Shown here in pieces: positions 15,785-28,242 of a DNA stretch of 64,000 bases (position 1 is the first letter of the stretch; the number at the start of each line of letters is the position of its first letter). This DNA comes from Lingula anatina (Eukaryota > Animalia > Brachiopoda). Below the pieces are notes generated by a model. That model made no database searches. It saw only the letters and a list, made by a program, of their open reading frames with translations, and was not told where the DNA came from. Made by a program: the position numbers and the translations under genes. The stretch covers positions 2,852,001 to 2,916,000 of the forward strand of contig CM120640.1 in assembly GCA_051362555.1 (NCBI GenBank), read 5' to 3'.

Positions 15785-15788
<4 letters not shown>

Positions 15789-15825
<37 letters not shown>
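15789..15825. repeat. (TAA)n microsatellite
   Basis: Direct reading. Confidence 0.9.
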
Positions 15826-15828
<3 letters not shown>

Positions 15829-18529
15829 TTGTAATAATAAATTTGATCAAAAGAGGTTTCATCTGGGCATGCATAGTGATTTTCTCTGTTTGTCTATTCT
15901 AGTGTCACACGATAGAATGAACAACAAAGATGTATTCTGGTTCTCTGACGGCTTTTTATTTCAGTCTAGGATGCCTTAGTTTTTTAATTTTAAAACTGTG
16001 AGTTGATTGACCATATCTTATAATGCCCACCTCTTGTAAAAATTTGAAACTTTCTTTTTCAAGGAGATTTCTTAAATGTTTTGCTGCATAGGCTTGGTAT
16101 CTTCAAATCAAAGGATGTAAAATTCCATGCTTGGATACTAAATTGGCAATCTTTCTTATACCTTTGTGTCAGTGACAAAGTTAACTCTACATTATGTTAT
16201 TTTCCAAGTAATAGGAATAATTGCATAGTTGCTTTGTTGCATGACGTCTTCAGACTTATGGTTGTGCATGTGAACATGCACTGCAGATAACGTTACTTTA
16301 TTTCATTAGCTCTTCATCAAATTGATTATTTTAATTAGATGGCTCAGGAGTGTTGCTTATCCTCCCTTGACTAACTCTGGCAGTAAGACATACAACAGGG
16401 ACTCCAGTGCCTGTCAGGTTTATTCTATATCCTTGACGAAGAAATTGGTTTAGTATCAGGAATGGAGTTAATTGGAGTAGAAAAAAGAGAGTAAATTTGA
16501 GTGGAATTCAGATTTTGAGCTAGTTAGACTAGGTAATGAGAGAGAAGTGAGATTGGACTTGGGTATCACAGTGAGATTCCATTTGATTAGCCCTGTCACT
16601 AATTAAAATGTGAAATAGAAAACAAAGTATTTTCTTTACTTGTAATTCAATTTGGGACTGCTTTCAGAAATGAGCTGTCAGTCCTAAATAGCAAAATTAC
16701 ACAAACACTTGACACTTTGTCAGTTGAGGTTACTTTGAGAGTGATGAGTTCACTTCACACTGGTAGAACTGGGAGATGCTGGTAGGGCATGGTTTTAATA
16801 AAAAGGATCATCAAACCAGGGAGATTTACAGCCAAATTGTGCCTTGTTTGCCCCCATCAAGCAGTGCTTATTGCTCATCCTTTTTCAGTGTAACTGCATG
16901 CTTCAAGCTGAATGGGACAAGAATTGAATCAATGAATTCATAAAGATATATAGTCAAAAATATGGTATTTTACAGACAAGTATTTGTGTATTTTATTTAA
17001 CAAATTAATACATAGGAAGCATTGCTAAATGTATGTGCATTAAGTCATGTTGTTGACTCCAAATAAAGATATCAGTTTTTAAGAAATCATTAAGACAAAA
17101 TTTATTATGATAGTATGAAAACACCATTTATACATTTAACTTACACATGTGATTATAAATATGCTGGTATGGCATGGATTTTGAGGAAAGATTTGTTTTG
17201 TGTATATTTTTGTTGTAGTGGCTGTCATGACATTTGGCAGCAAATGTCGTATATGGTATCAAATTTGCAAATAACTCAGAAATTGAAAACATTTTGCTAT
17301 ATTTTTGAAAACTATATAAAACTAAGTAAAGTTTTTCAAAGGCAATCCTGACACTGAAAGTTTAGTATAAAAGTGAGAGTTTAACTGTTGAATAAATGGG
17401 AATAGAAAAATTGTAAAAGAGATATGAAAGTTTTATTTTCTTATTTTTTGTAAAGATCTTTCAAATGATACTAAAGGTTTTGCTTCTGCAGAATAAAAAA
17501 AAAAAAAAAAAAAAACGTGTGGATTCAACAAATAATATACAAACTGAATGAGGAGGTGGGATTGGTGGAAATCTGACAAGTTTGTCACAAGATGACGACA
17601 TGTGACCCAAGTATGCCACGTGAAAATGGTACGCTTCTCAGGAAAATCTACGAGAGGCTTCAGAATCTCTACAAGTTCTACTTTTTTAATACACTTTCGT
17701 GGTGGACTGATTAGAAATACATTGAAAATACATGTTTTTATCATTGGCTAGTCTAGATTGCTGATGCAAATGTTATTGCCAAAGATGTAGAAGTGCCAAA
17801 GTATCTATCATCCTTTCTTTGACGTTGGGTATGGTTTCAGCAAGCAGATTAAAGAAAACTATCCAATGCTATGTTGAATCTGAAAAGAGGATTGGCCAGA
17901 AAAACAGGTATATTGATATATAAAATATGTAGGGACATGTTTATCAATTTCAGGGAAAACCATTTTCACTTGTAATTTACAGAGATCTGCTTTTGAGTTA
18001 GTCTGTGACAAAAGGAAGACTTAGGATGAAATATCTCTAAGGCAAGTCATAACTTTTATATTATATTTGAACATTCACGTTCAAATCAAATAAGAATTGC
18101 AATCTTTTCAGCAAAGAAATATCTCGTGTTTTGATTTTTGCAAATTATTATTTGAACATCGTTATCCATTTGTTTTTTTTTACCTTACAAATATAACTAG
18201 CTTGTATCTAAACTGTAATTTGTGACCTTATTTTCCAATTCATGAGAGCCTTCACTGATTGGAAATCATCCGAGAAAGTCTTAAATGAGGCTTTCAACAT
18301 TGTATGACGTCATAAGGGAGTAGAAAATGTGCGAGTATCTATCAGGTTGGAATAATCATGTAGCAATAAGGGGAAACTCTATGCACCATGAATGTCATCT
18401 TAGAAAGCAATGTAAAGGTAACATGCAAAACATGGTAAATACTATGTATGTTGTGTTATGAAAAAATCTGTTATTGTTCACAAATTAAGAAAAAGCAACC
18501 TGAAATTTTTTGCGGAGAAATTTTGTCAG

Positions 18530-18910
18530 CTTCTACATTCAATTTATGGCTTATCCAGTTGCCATAAACTTTCAATTACTGACTGTTTGGACCACCTCTT
18601 TCCTAAAATTTACTGGTCTGAATTGGGATTCACAAGTCTGAATTAGAATGTCAATAAGACTGGACATTTTCCCCTTTTACACAAACATTAGTTATAACAA
18701 AACCTTGATTTTGTCAAATTAAAAAAAAATTTTGAATAATCTTGATCTGACAGTAACATTTCAGAAAAATTCAATCATGTTGTAAGCTCTTTTGCAAACT
18801 TACAGAAAAATATCTAATGGCCATGCCAGACCACTTAATTCACATATTCTGAAAAATGCTCGTGGAATCAAAATTTTACTAGCTGTAGGCATCAGACCAG
18901 TGGCTAATGT
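18530..18910. repeat. Diverged inverted copy of the dispersed repeat family at 40690-42857
   Basis: AAGACTGGACATTTTCCCC and CAGACCAGTGGCTAA are near reverse complements of segments around 41230-41250 and 40695-40710; boundaries approximate. Confidence 0.6.
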
Positions 18911-21770
18911 CGCAGACTGCTTTAATTTGTTGCAGCACTGCACTCACTATGGTCTACCATTATTTCTGACCCCATTCTCCTCTCAATCCCACAAAATCTC
19001 ATTTGATTTTATGCTAAGTCAGAAGACATCTGGCCATCTTGGATGATCCCCCTGTTACGAATTCTTTTTCCGTTAATGTGTTCACTTTTCACAGCCTCCG
19101 TATTGGTCAGTATGTCACCTGTCACCAATGACAACCACTTACAAAATATTTGAACTGATCTACTCCCAGTCACAAAGGCCCTTGTATTTAGTTATCTTGG
19201 CTTACAAAAAATGGAATTACTTTTTCTAATGAGGTAATATCTCCATTGTTCCTTCCCCTGTGTACATGTGCTCATATCAGTTGGACTTCATTAGATGACA
19301 CTGAATAATGATTAGCTGAGAACTGACATTTAAGATGGTGCAATTTAGCCTAATTTTGTTGGTTGGATTCATCAAAAGTGAAACTTCAGCCTGACACCCA
19401 TGAAACCAGACCCATTTTATCTGCTACCCTAAGGGTTTTAGGGAAATTGCGCCATTGCATTGAAATTGCTCGGGGGAAGGAATACATATAAAATGTCATT
19501 GCAAGGGATCTTGATTTTGATTATTTTGCATTAGGCAGCATGGGTAATTTCTCACTTATGGATTTTACTTAATCTAAAGGTCTTTTTATATGACAACTCC
19601 AATAACAGAATGATAGAAAAAAAGATTTTGAATTGATTTGTATTTGATAGGGTTTAGGTCCTAACTGGCCAACATAGTACTGAGGTTACATATTATTTTA
19701 AGATCATCAGATTAAGATTTAACTGTCAAATATCAGGCTGAATAAGGCAGTTGAAGTATAGTATTCTCTAGTAGAAGTATTGTAGGTACCTGTGATTTGA
19801 TCATTTCATTGATTTTAGTGCCATTGAAGTTGCATGAAGTGAAAATTGGAAAATCTGCATTTTTACAGAAGTAAAGCTTCAGTGATGAACCATAGGCAGG
19901 TGTCAACAGGCAGTAGACAGGTGGTGTAATGAAACTTAGGGTCCTTGTTACATTTAGTTATAATGGTTAGGGTTAGCCTGAACGAAGTGAGCCCAAATCC
20001 AGGGTGAGGCTCACCTGTACAAATGAATAGGAAGTGGACTCTATCATTGGGGACTCTCTTACAGTGATACATGTACCAAGTAGGACATGATTACCTTGGT
20101 CAAAAATCTCTGCAGGTAAAATGACTGAACCATTGTCTGGCATTAAGCTGAAGGTTGACAAACTGTCCCCAGTTACCAGTGATCACTTTACGCACTTTAC
20201 ACATTCAGTGGTATACTATAGCCATCTATACAGGTATGCTTTGAAAGAGTGACAACTCATTAGACTGGCTAATATGTAACAGAGTCAACTAAATGAAGCC
20301 CATCAGATTTGTAAAATAAAAAGGAGAGGAAGAAGAAGAAGAAAAAAAAAGCATGAGATGTAATGCTAATCAGTCTTAGAAAAACTGAAGACCAGAAGAA
20401 GAGAGATGTGCTCCAAGATGGCAATGGACAAGACTGTTAACAGCTTAATGCATATTGGGAATTAATAAATGGATAAAAGGCTGTCAGTCCATGTGTGAAT
20501 TGCTGTTATTATGTCTGTGAATTATGTTGATGTGTGACAAATTATCAGAATTGCTAGAGACCACTTATTTGATGTGCATTTTGATAAATGGGTTTGGTTA
20601 ATCCCATAAGTGTGCGTGTTGGGGGACATGAAGGGGGGGTGTCTAGAAAAACCAAGGGTGGTATCTCATTTCACTTCAGCTTTGGCAACATTTATATGTG
20701 CAGTAATGGGTTATATGTTTATTTTAGAAATGAAATTATTTATTCCATTTATTATTAATTGTAAGCAGAAGTGAAAAAAATGCTTCATTTAGCTAGTTGC
20801 TAACAACAAGCACCTAAACGCTGGTTTAAAGGATCTTATCCCACTGACGTCCAAACATAAAGACGCTTCCTCTGCTCTGCTATTTGTTATATTCGTTTCC
20901 TCTCATTTTTTTAATATCAAACCTCAGAAAAATAGGTTAAACATTGCTTGGGTGAACAGCTAGTCGGGCGTAAATTAAAGGTTTGAAGAACATTTTAAAG
21001 CTTTTATACCCTTTATTTCAGAAAATAATTTTTTCAGGAAAATAATTGTTGGATACATGTATTTCATGGTGCTATTCATAGTGAGAAAGGCACATTGCAA
21101 TTGAAATTAACAAAGTATTGCAACATAATTTTCTACCTTAAACCAACCACTTGTGTATTATTTGACTTGTTGCATTATGATAACTGCTAAGTTGCTGAGT
21201 TTTCTTGGAAACAATAATTTAAGGTATTCCACCTTGTCAGGTGTGAGATATGTGAAAACACATCCATTCTTATGGAACAGTTGGCATACAGAAAGACATT
21301 GTGTGTAATCTATTCTGAGTATCCTTGAGGAAATAAACAATAAAAGTAAAACCCATTAGTTTAGCTGTGTAATTGATTAATGGCAGCTGAGTGCACAACA
21401 GACTTAAATGGGTTCATCCAACACTTGGTTAATGCAATATTGGAAAATGTCGCATTATGGATATCTATTATATAGTAGAAGGAAATCAGTGAGCAGGTGC
21501 TTTACAGTGCCTTCAATAGGCTGTTTGTAGTAAGGACAAAGCCAGGTATAGAAATGGTGTTTTGTTCTGTGATGTAATATCCCAGTTGGTTTGCTGGCTA
21601 ATTGTATCCTGTGTTACAAGCAGGTTAATTGCTAGGGGCTCAGACTTTTGGCAAGTGGAGGCACCTCCTTTTAGCTGTGCTGTCTAGATCATCCTGTGAT
21701 AACATCACACCCGTTGCTCATTACTTATGTTAATAACCACAAGTTTTGGTGGGGTCTGGAAGTTGGTTGA

Positions 21771-21778
21771 TATAAAAG
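21771..21778 (+). promoter_or_regulatory. TATA box of the proximal LMO promoter
   Basis: TATAAAAG about 140 bp upstream of the ATG at 21910. Confidence 0.5.
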
Positions 21779-21909
21779 TGGAGTTTAGTGAGAAGAGATG
21801 AGATAGAGGCTGGCATTTCATAGCCACTGATTCCTGAGATCAGTATAAGATTGTGGAGGGGAGAGGAAGAAGTACTCTGAGATATCTACAGGTCTGACAC
21901 AAATACAAG

Positions 21910-21940
21910 ATGAGGACATTGATGTCACCTGATGGAAGTG
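21910..21940 (+). CDS. LMO: LMO proximal first coding exon
   Basis: [10 protein letters not shown]+G then GTAATG donor, phase 1; TATA box upstream. Confidence 0.65.
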
Positions 21941-23785
21941 GTAATGGAATGCTAATATTTATTTTGATTGATCAACTATTTATTTTTCTTTCAGAATGGA
22001 ATTGTGATTTAACTTGGAAGATAGTTTTTCAGCAATTTTAGCTGATAAAAAATTTTTGTTGTTAATACAGTTTATTGCATTGTCATTTTTTTTTTGTTGA
22101 CATTTTAAATCTATTTTTCTGAGTCACTGAAAGTTATCCTTTTTTTTAGCAACAGTTGCAGGTAAGGCATAATGAGGAAATCCTGTCAACATAAGATCAA
22201 TTTTCCAGTTCTACATATAGATGTGTGATTTAAGACCCTCACCAGTAGATGAGTAGCACATGTTCAGTTGACTTGCTTCTCTTTCCAGGTCCAATGCAGA
22301 TCTCGCCCGAAGAAAACATCCCGTCTGCGAGCGGGGAACGACAGACCTGCTCTGGTTGTAAAAGAAAGATAACTGACCGCTACTTACTGAAAGCTTTAGA
22401 CCAGTATTGGCATGAAGACTGTTTGAAGTGTTCGTGTTGTGACTGCAGACTGGGAGAGGTGGGGTCCACTTTGTTTACAAAAGCCAATCTTTTGTTATGT
22501 CGGAGAGACTATTTGAGGTAAGAAAGAAGCCTTCTTGAAACAAAATCTGCAAACATATCTGTAAAGAATGGCATTAATGCCACTTCATGTAATGATGTGT
22601 ACTGATTTGATGATAAAAAAAGTTAAATTGAAGCCAAGAAAATGGGAAAATAATTGGTACATCCTTCATTTGACGTCATATGAAATACACTGTCTGTGAA
22701 ACTGATAATAACATATAAAGTTCATATAATAAAAATGTGGATGAGGAGAAGAATTATGTATAAAAAATACATGTTCTGATGACCCTTTTCAGTAAACTAT
22801 TATAAATTGAAATTCCAATAATATTATAAGCCAAAAGCAAAAAAAAAAAAAAAAAGATGGAAAATGAAAAAAAAGAAGAAAATGGTTGTAAATATATACA
22901 GACAAACTAAAAATCTCACATTGGAAGATATGGATGTCCAGTTGAAAAATAATGGTTTAAGTATTGGAAGTGTTGTAAAATATAATTGGTACCACCTGTG
23001 GGGCTCAGGATGGTGTTCTGTCCCCTGAGAGCTCTCTCTCTGGTATCATTACCTGGTCCAGGTGTGTTATTAAGTCTTTGTTGACCATTGTATTGTGTAA
23101 CACTATGCCATCTTCCTGAGCAATGAAAGTGGCTTCCCATGCTGCAGGGCCTAACACATTGTTAAGACACTGTAATTATTCCATCAACTCATTGCCTTAT
23201 GAAGCACTAATTAACTTTCCCCCAGGTGAACCAGTTGAAAGGGACCTGTTTACTTATGCGATAAAACAGTGGGGTAGAATATAATGAGAAAAACCTGTTT
23301 TAGTATTTGTTATGGACACTTAAATCATGGAGTCTTCTTCATAATAAGTTAATAGTCTTACTTTACCTACTTTTGAAGGTTAAACAGTCTGGTGCCCTGT
23401 ATTTATCAAGTTATAATGTGTACTTGGAAGACGTTTATTTTGGTGAAGGTACAATTAACTTATTGTTCCAAGTAATACTGTATACTGAGTGCTCTTTTTG
23501 CTGTTAGAAAATCTGGATGCAGTAAAACAGGTGTAGAGTAAGTAAAAGTGGAAGGATTTTAGACATTGTATACCCCACATGAATATTTCAAGTGAACTTC
23601 TTTGCAAGATTATTTTTTTCCCCACCCTTGACAAATATGAAGATATGTTTTGAAAAATATGCAGCATGGGTCACATTGTAATGCTTTATGAACCTCAAGT
23701 CTGCATTCTATCTACTTCCAGCCTGAATCAACCACTGTTTTTGTTTTGGAGAGGATGTGTTTGTGTGTGTGTGCGTGCGTGCGTG

Positions 23786-23832
<47 letters not shown>

Positions 23833-25100
23833 GTGTGTCTGGAGGGAGCAGGTACCTGTGGTCATTGAACACCCCACAAATGTAAATAAAAATACCCTCT
23901 CATCCAATATGGTTTGATTTCAGTCTTACAATGTTCAAAAATAAAACTAAATATTTTTATTTTCCGGGCAGGTTGTTTGGCACCACGGGGTATTGTTCCG
24001 CATGTGCGAAGATGATTCCAGCGTTTGAGATGGTGATGCGAGCCAAGGGCAATGTGTACCACCTCGAGTGTTTTGCTTGCCAAACTTGCAATCACAGGTA
24101 ATACACCACAGATGGATTTAGTCTTATCTTGCTGGTGTTTATCATGCTCAGTAGGGAAAATAGGAAGCAAATTGTGCGTGTTAAAAAAAAAGAAGACAAA
24201 GGATTATCTATTTAAAATGACAAAAGGAATTTTTTTACCCTTGTCTAAAATGATATATTGCTTGTCATGGATTGTTTTGGTGATTTTGTCGATATCTTTA
24301 TTCCCTAATGAAGATAATATTAGGGACACAATTATTATTGTTGTTTGCATTGTTTCCAAGTAGAATACATTACAACGTACCTAATCCATTTGGAGCTTTG
24401 TTAAACTAAATAAATAATGCAAGAGAAAGATAACATCAGTGTAATTTATGATCTAGAAGATAAGACACTTTGATATTCTGCAAAATTCAATTATTTATTC
24501 AATAAGTGGAGTTTTTTAATCATGAGGGTAAACATCGTATTGAGTATCATAATGCCAGTGGTACTTTTGAAGCTAGAATCATTTGCTGAGAAGTAACATA
24601 ATATTTTGTCAAAAAAAAAAAAAAAAAAGCAAAGCTTACCTGTTGCTGTCCCTATGCATATCTTCATAATAAGCTGATTTAAAGAAGTATTTGATACCCT
24701 CCATGGTAGATCTATTTTGAGGCTTTCTAGATGAGTTTTGCCTGCATGCAATCTGGAGACACATCTTTGGCAGGACAAATCTGATTGCATTATTGAAAAT
24801 TCAATTAGAATCATAAATCCACGCAATAAGTTTGGATAATTATCTTTTGATTAATACCACAATATCTGATTAATAACTCAATATTTTTCACCTTCTAGGT
24901 TCTGCGTGGGAGACAAGTTCTACTTGTGTGATAACAAAATCTTGTGTGAATATGACTATGAAGAGAGGATGATGTTCGCAAGCCTATCCTACAACTATAA
25001 CGCTTTGTCCCAGATAAAACAACAGACCTATAGACTGAATGGCAGCATAAGCGATGATGTGTCCAGTGGATATGGCAGTCCAAGTCCTAACTCCATGTAG
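21910..25100 (+). CDS. LMO: LIM domain only protein (rhombotin, LMO1/3-like, Beadex-like), ~195 aa; exons 21910-21940, 22289-22517, 23972-24097, 24899-25100
   Basis: Two tandem LIM domains ([57 protein letters not shown]; [55 protein letters not shown]) and no homeodomain; GT-AG junctions phase-consistent (588 nt). Confidence 0.95.
22289..22517 (+). CDS. LMO: LMO exon (LIM1)
   Basis: TTTCCAG| ... TTTGAG|GTAAGA; encodes LIM1. Confidence 0.95.
23757..23838. repeat. (GT)n/(GCGT)n microsatellite in LMO intron
   Basis: Direct reading. Confidence 0.9.
23972..24097 (+). CDS. LMO: LMO exon (LIM2, N-terminal part)
   Basis: [42 protein letters not shown]; AG/GT flanks. Confidence 0.95.
24899..25100 (+). 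CDS. LMO: LMO last coding exon
   Basis: [28 protein letters not shown]...SPSPNSM, TAG stop. Confidence 0.95.
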
Positions 25101-27418
25101 TAACACGTGAGGGGGGGGGGTTCACCCTGAGAATCCAGTGCAATGTTTGGCCATCTCATCGTGGTACTATCCAGGTGCAATGCAGTGGTATCAGTGGACC
25201 AAGACTCTGGTGCTCACTGAGCAACAGGGGGGGTATCCCAGGCTTTTTTTTTTTACATTCTACAAGTAACTAACTACAAATGAGCACAGGTATTAAATGT
25301 CTGCGACAAATTAAGAAACTAGTTCATGCAGATGGTTTTGGCAAGTGAAAGACAGAATTCCTACAAAATATTATTTTAAGATAATAGGCCCACCAAAAGG
25401 GGTTTCTATATAGAATATTTTAAAATAGTTTTGGGAATAAGGCACCCAGAACCCCTTATATGATGCATTGTGTGTGTCAACAAAGGAAGCATGTGCAAAT
25501 ATGGCTTTTTAAAATAAGTTTATGAAAGCAGAAGCCTCAAAAGATGGATTTATCTTGATAAATCTTCAAGAATAATAAAATATTAATTTGAAATATTTTA
25601 AATGGCGCAAACATTTGAAGCCTGTGCTCAACAAATTTAGGCGATGGATGGTATAATAGGGGCTTGGGACTCTGTCAGACATTTCAAGGAAGACCGACAA
25701 ATCAGCACTGCCTTTATGTTAGTTCATGAATGTATAGCTCCAAAGATGTTCTCCAGTTTTGTTGAGTATGGAGTTTAAATAGTTAAATCTTGGTATGATG
25801 ATCTTTAATTTGTATAAACCCATCTTCACTGCAAAAGGATCAATATTGTGAATGTAACATGTTGAGATGTACTTTGGTCTGGAAACCAAGAATTTTGACT
25901 TAAGATTTCATGTCCTTAGACTTAATTGTCAGTCTTATTATGATACAGACAGATTTAATTAACAAACTGTTCTGCAGAGTTGCAGTCATCAAACACTTTC
26001 GCAGAAGCCATCCTCTCTGTTATGAGCAGAAAGATTAATGGGTATATTTCATGAGGCATGGTGTTCAGTGGCTCCTGTAATGACGGAATGAAAAGGCTCT
26101 CTGCAGACTAGCTGGCTGGTTGAGCAGACTGGGCAAAGGAAATGTGAATTTGAACAAGAAATGGATAGCTAGATTATAGATATATTTGGTTCCGATTTCT
26201 GCGTTGTACAGAGAACAAGGCTGTTGAGCAAAATTAAAACAGCAGCGGGTATTTGGATCTGAGATTCTTTTATCACTTATTAAATAGCATAAAACATTGA
26301 AAGTATGGTTTCACATTGTCTTGCTGTAATATTATGAAGAATTAATCATTGGTTCATAGTCTTTGTAGGGGTCAGCATTTTTATTTTTAACTTGTATATT
26401 ATTGTAACATTATCCTTGTTATTAATATACAGTTTCAAAAAATAATCCTCTTGCTTCACTGGAAGGGATATTTGCATATTTCATCACAACTTCACTATTT
26501 TTGATACAGATTATGGTGCTATTAGTCTGTTATCTTTATTATTTTTCAAGAAACACCTTTGTAAATACTTCAATATAAGTGAGAGAAATATATTTATTCA
26601 CTTTATAGTGACCTGTGTAAACTTGTATCATATATAGCTGTTATAAAATTTCAAGCTAAGATTTGATTTTCAAAGTTTCAACTTTAAATATTATGTTACT
26701 ATTTTAATGAAGCACTAGTGACATCAATTTTGTATTCTACAAGCTACTGTAAGATGTGTTCCAGGTGTTCATAGAACTGGTTTTAGTATACTGGCTAAAT
26801 TAGCACACCCAACACAGCTGTGTGTTTTAATTTAAAAGGATGATACCTTCACCATAATTATACATTATTAATGAAGAAATTTTACATAATTATGCTTTTA
26901 CCCCCACATTAAGTGAATCATATGTTGAATGGGATCGTTTGTGCATGATTCAACTGGTGGCACATTTCTTTCAAAAATAGTGACATATTTTCTTGTTTTC
27001 TTGTTGAAAACACATGCGACAGATTCATTTGGCTACTGCAATGCATTTACATTTTTGTTAAGAAATTAGTCTGCAAGGCATCACAATATCATCTTAGTCA
27101 CTGCCCAAAGGAAGAATTCCACATGAGCACTAACAGCAATGACATTAATAAGCTAACTTTGGCAAGCAAGGAAAAATTGCCAGAGATTTGCTAAGTATCA
27201 CTGAAGCACCACTTTCCCATATAAATTATTGTGATTATTGCACCTTCTTGGTGTCTTTATTATGTTGTGTTACTAACTTTGAACTTTATTGTAAACACGA
27301 AATCAGGGAACCTCGTAGCCCTCCATGATATTTATAATATAATGGCCAATATATGATATGTTTATTCAACACATTGCTGGTTCTTTATAGTCACTGGATT
27401 TTGTGATTGAAGAACAAA

Positions 27419-27520
27419 TGTTAGCTGTGCCAGCTTGGAGGAGAATGGAATTGTGTTAGCTGTACCAGCGGAGGAGAATAGAATTGTGTTGGCTGTGCCC
27501 CCGTAGAGGAGAATTGTGTT
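27419..27520. repeat. Three degenerate ~33-35 bp tandem units in the LMO 3' region
   Basis: TGTTAGCTGT(G/A)CC...GAGGAGAAT..AATTG repeated three times. Confidence 0.7.
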
Positions 27521-27616
27521 GATATAGAGCTTGTTGCAGCAACCTGGATTCAGCAGGTCAGGACGACAGTTTGTGCATTTTTTTCCATCTTTGTTGTACA
27601 TACTTAAATATATGAA

Positions 27617-27622
27617 AATAAA
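27617..27622 (+). terminator. Candidate LMO polyadenylation signal
   Basis: AATAAA followed by a GT-rich stretch (TTGGTTTGTGCTTT). Confidence 0.45.
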
Positions 27623-27689
27623 AAAAATGTCAAATATTGGTTTGTGCTTTCATTATCAGAAAATTGGGTGAAAGTTAATAACTTAAAAA

Positions 27690-27695
27690 TTTATT
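27690..27695 (-). terminator. Candidate IFTAP polyadenylation signal
   Basis: TTTATT (AATAAA on the minus strand) ~410 bp past the stop codon. Confidence 0.45.
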
Positions 27696-28101
27696 GAAGA
27701 ATATCATCTGTTGCAAGTTCAAAAATTTTCAAGATAAAAATAACAGTAAAATGTGCTTGAAAATGAAATAAAACATCACTTACTTTGTATAAAAACAAAA
27801 TCTGTTAATCAAAAACTTTTCGTAACACTATCATCAACACCTTGTCAGGTTTTATCAACTCTGACATTTATCTAGATTCTAGACCAAAGTATCTTTAACT
27901 TGCATGGTTTTGCAGTAAGTACTAGACTTAGTGTTTTAAATAGATATTAGATTAATTGGTCCCTGTATTAACTGTTCTATCATCACATTAATCACGGCCA
28001 GTATGTGAAGGTATAAAATATACTAAAATATACTAAAAAGTCTAAAAAATTACATCAAAAGTTTGGACTGAAAATTCAATCGGGTAAAGCTAAGACGTCT
28101 C

Positions 28102-28242
28102 TCAGATGAAGCCATTATTTTGCCGGGCAATCCTCATCATTTCCATCTCTTCACTGGAAAATTTTGGAGTAAGGACAACATTATCATAATCAAAGTCCTC
28201 ATCCAGTGAGAAAGGCTGGACTTCATCTGGATCGGTGGGTAA
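28102..28242 (-). CDS. IFTAP: IFTAP last coding exon
   Basis: [49 protein letters not shown] stop. Confidence 0.9.
   Translation of the reverse strand, partial: LPTDPDEVQPFSLDEDFDYDNVVLTPKFSSEEMEMMRIARQNNGFI

Noticed and set aside
27883-27889. miR-9 seed match ACCAAAG, as in the fly dLMO 3' UTR
   Set aside because: Lies beyond the candidate LMO polyA signal, inside the IFTAP 3' region; a single 7-mer is expected by chance
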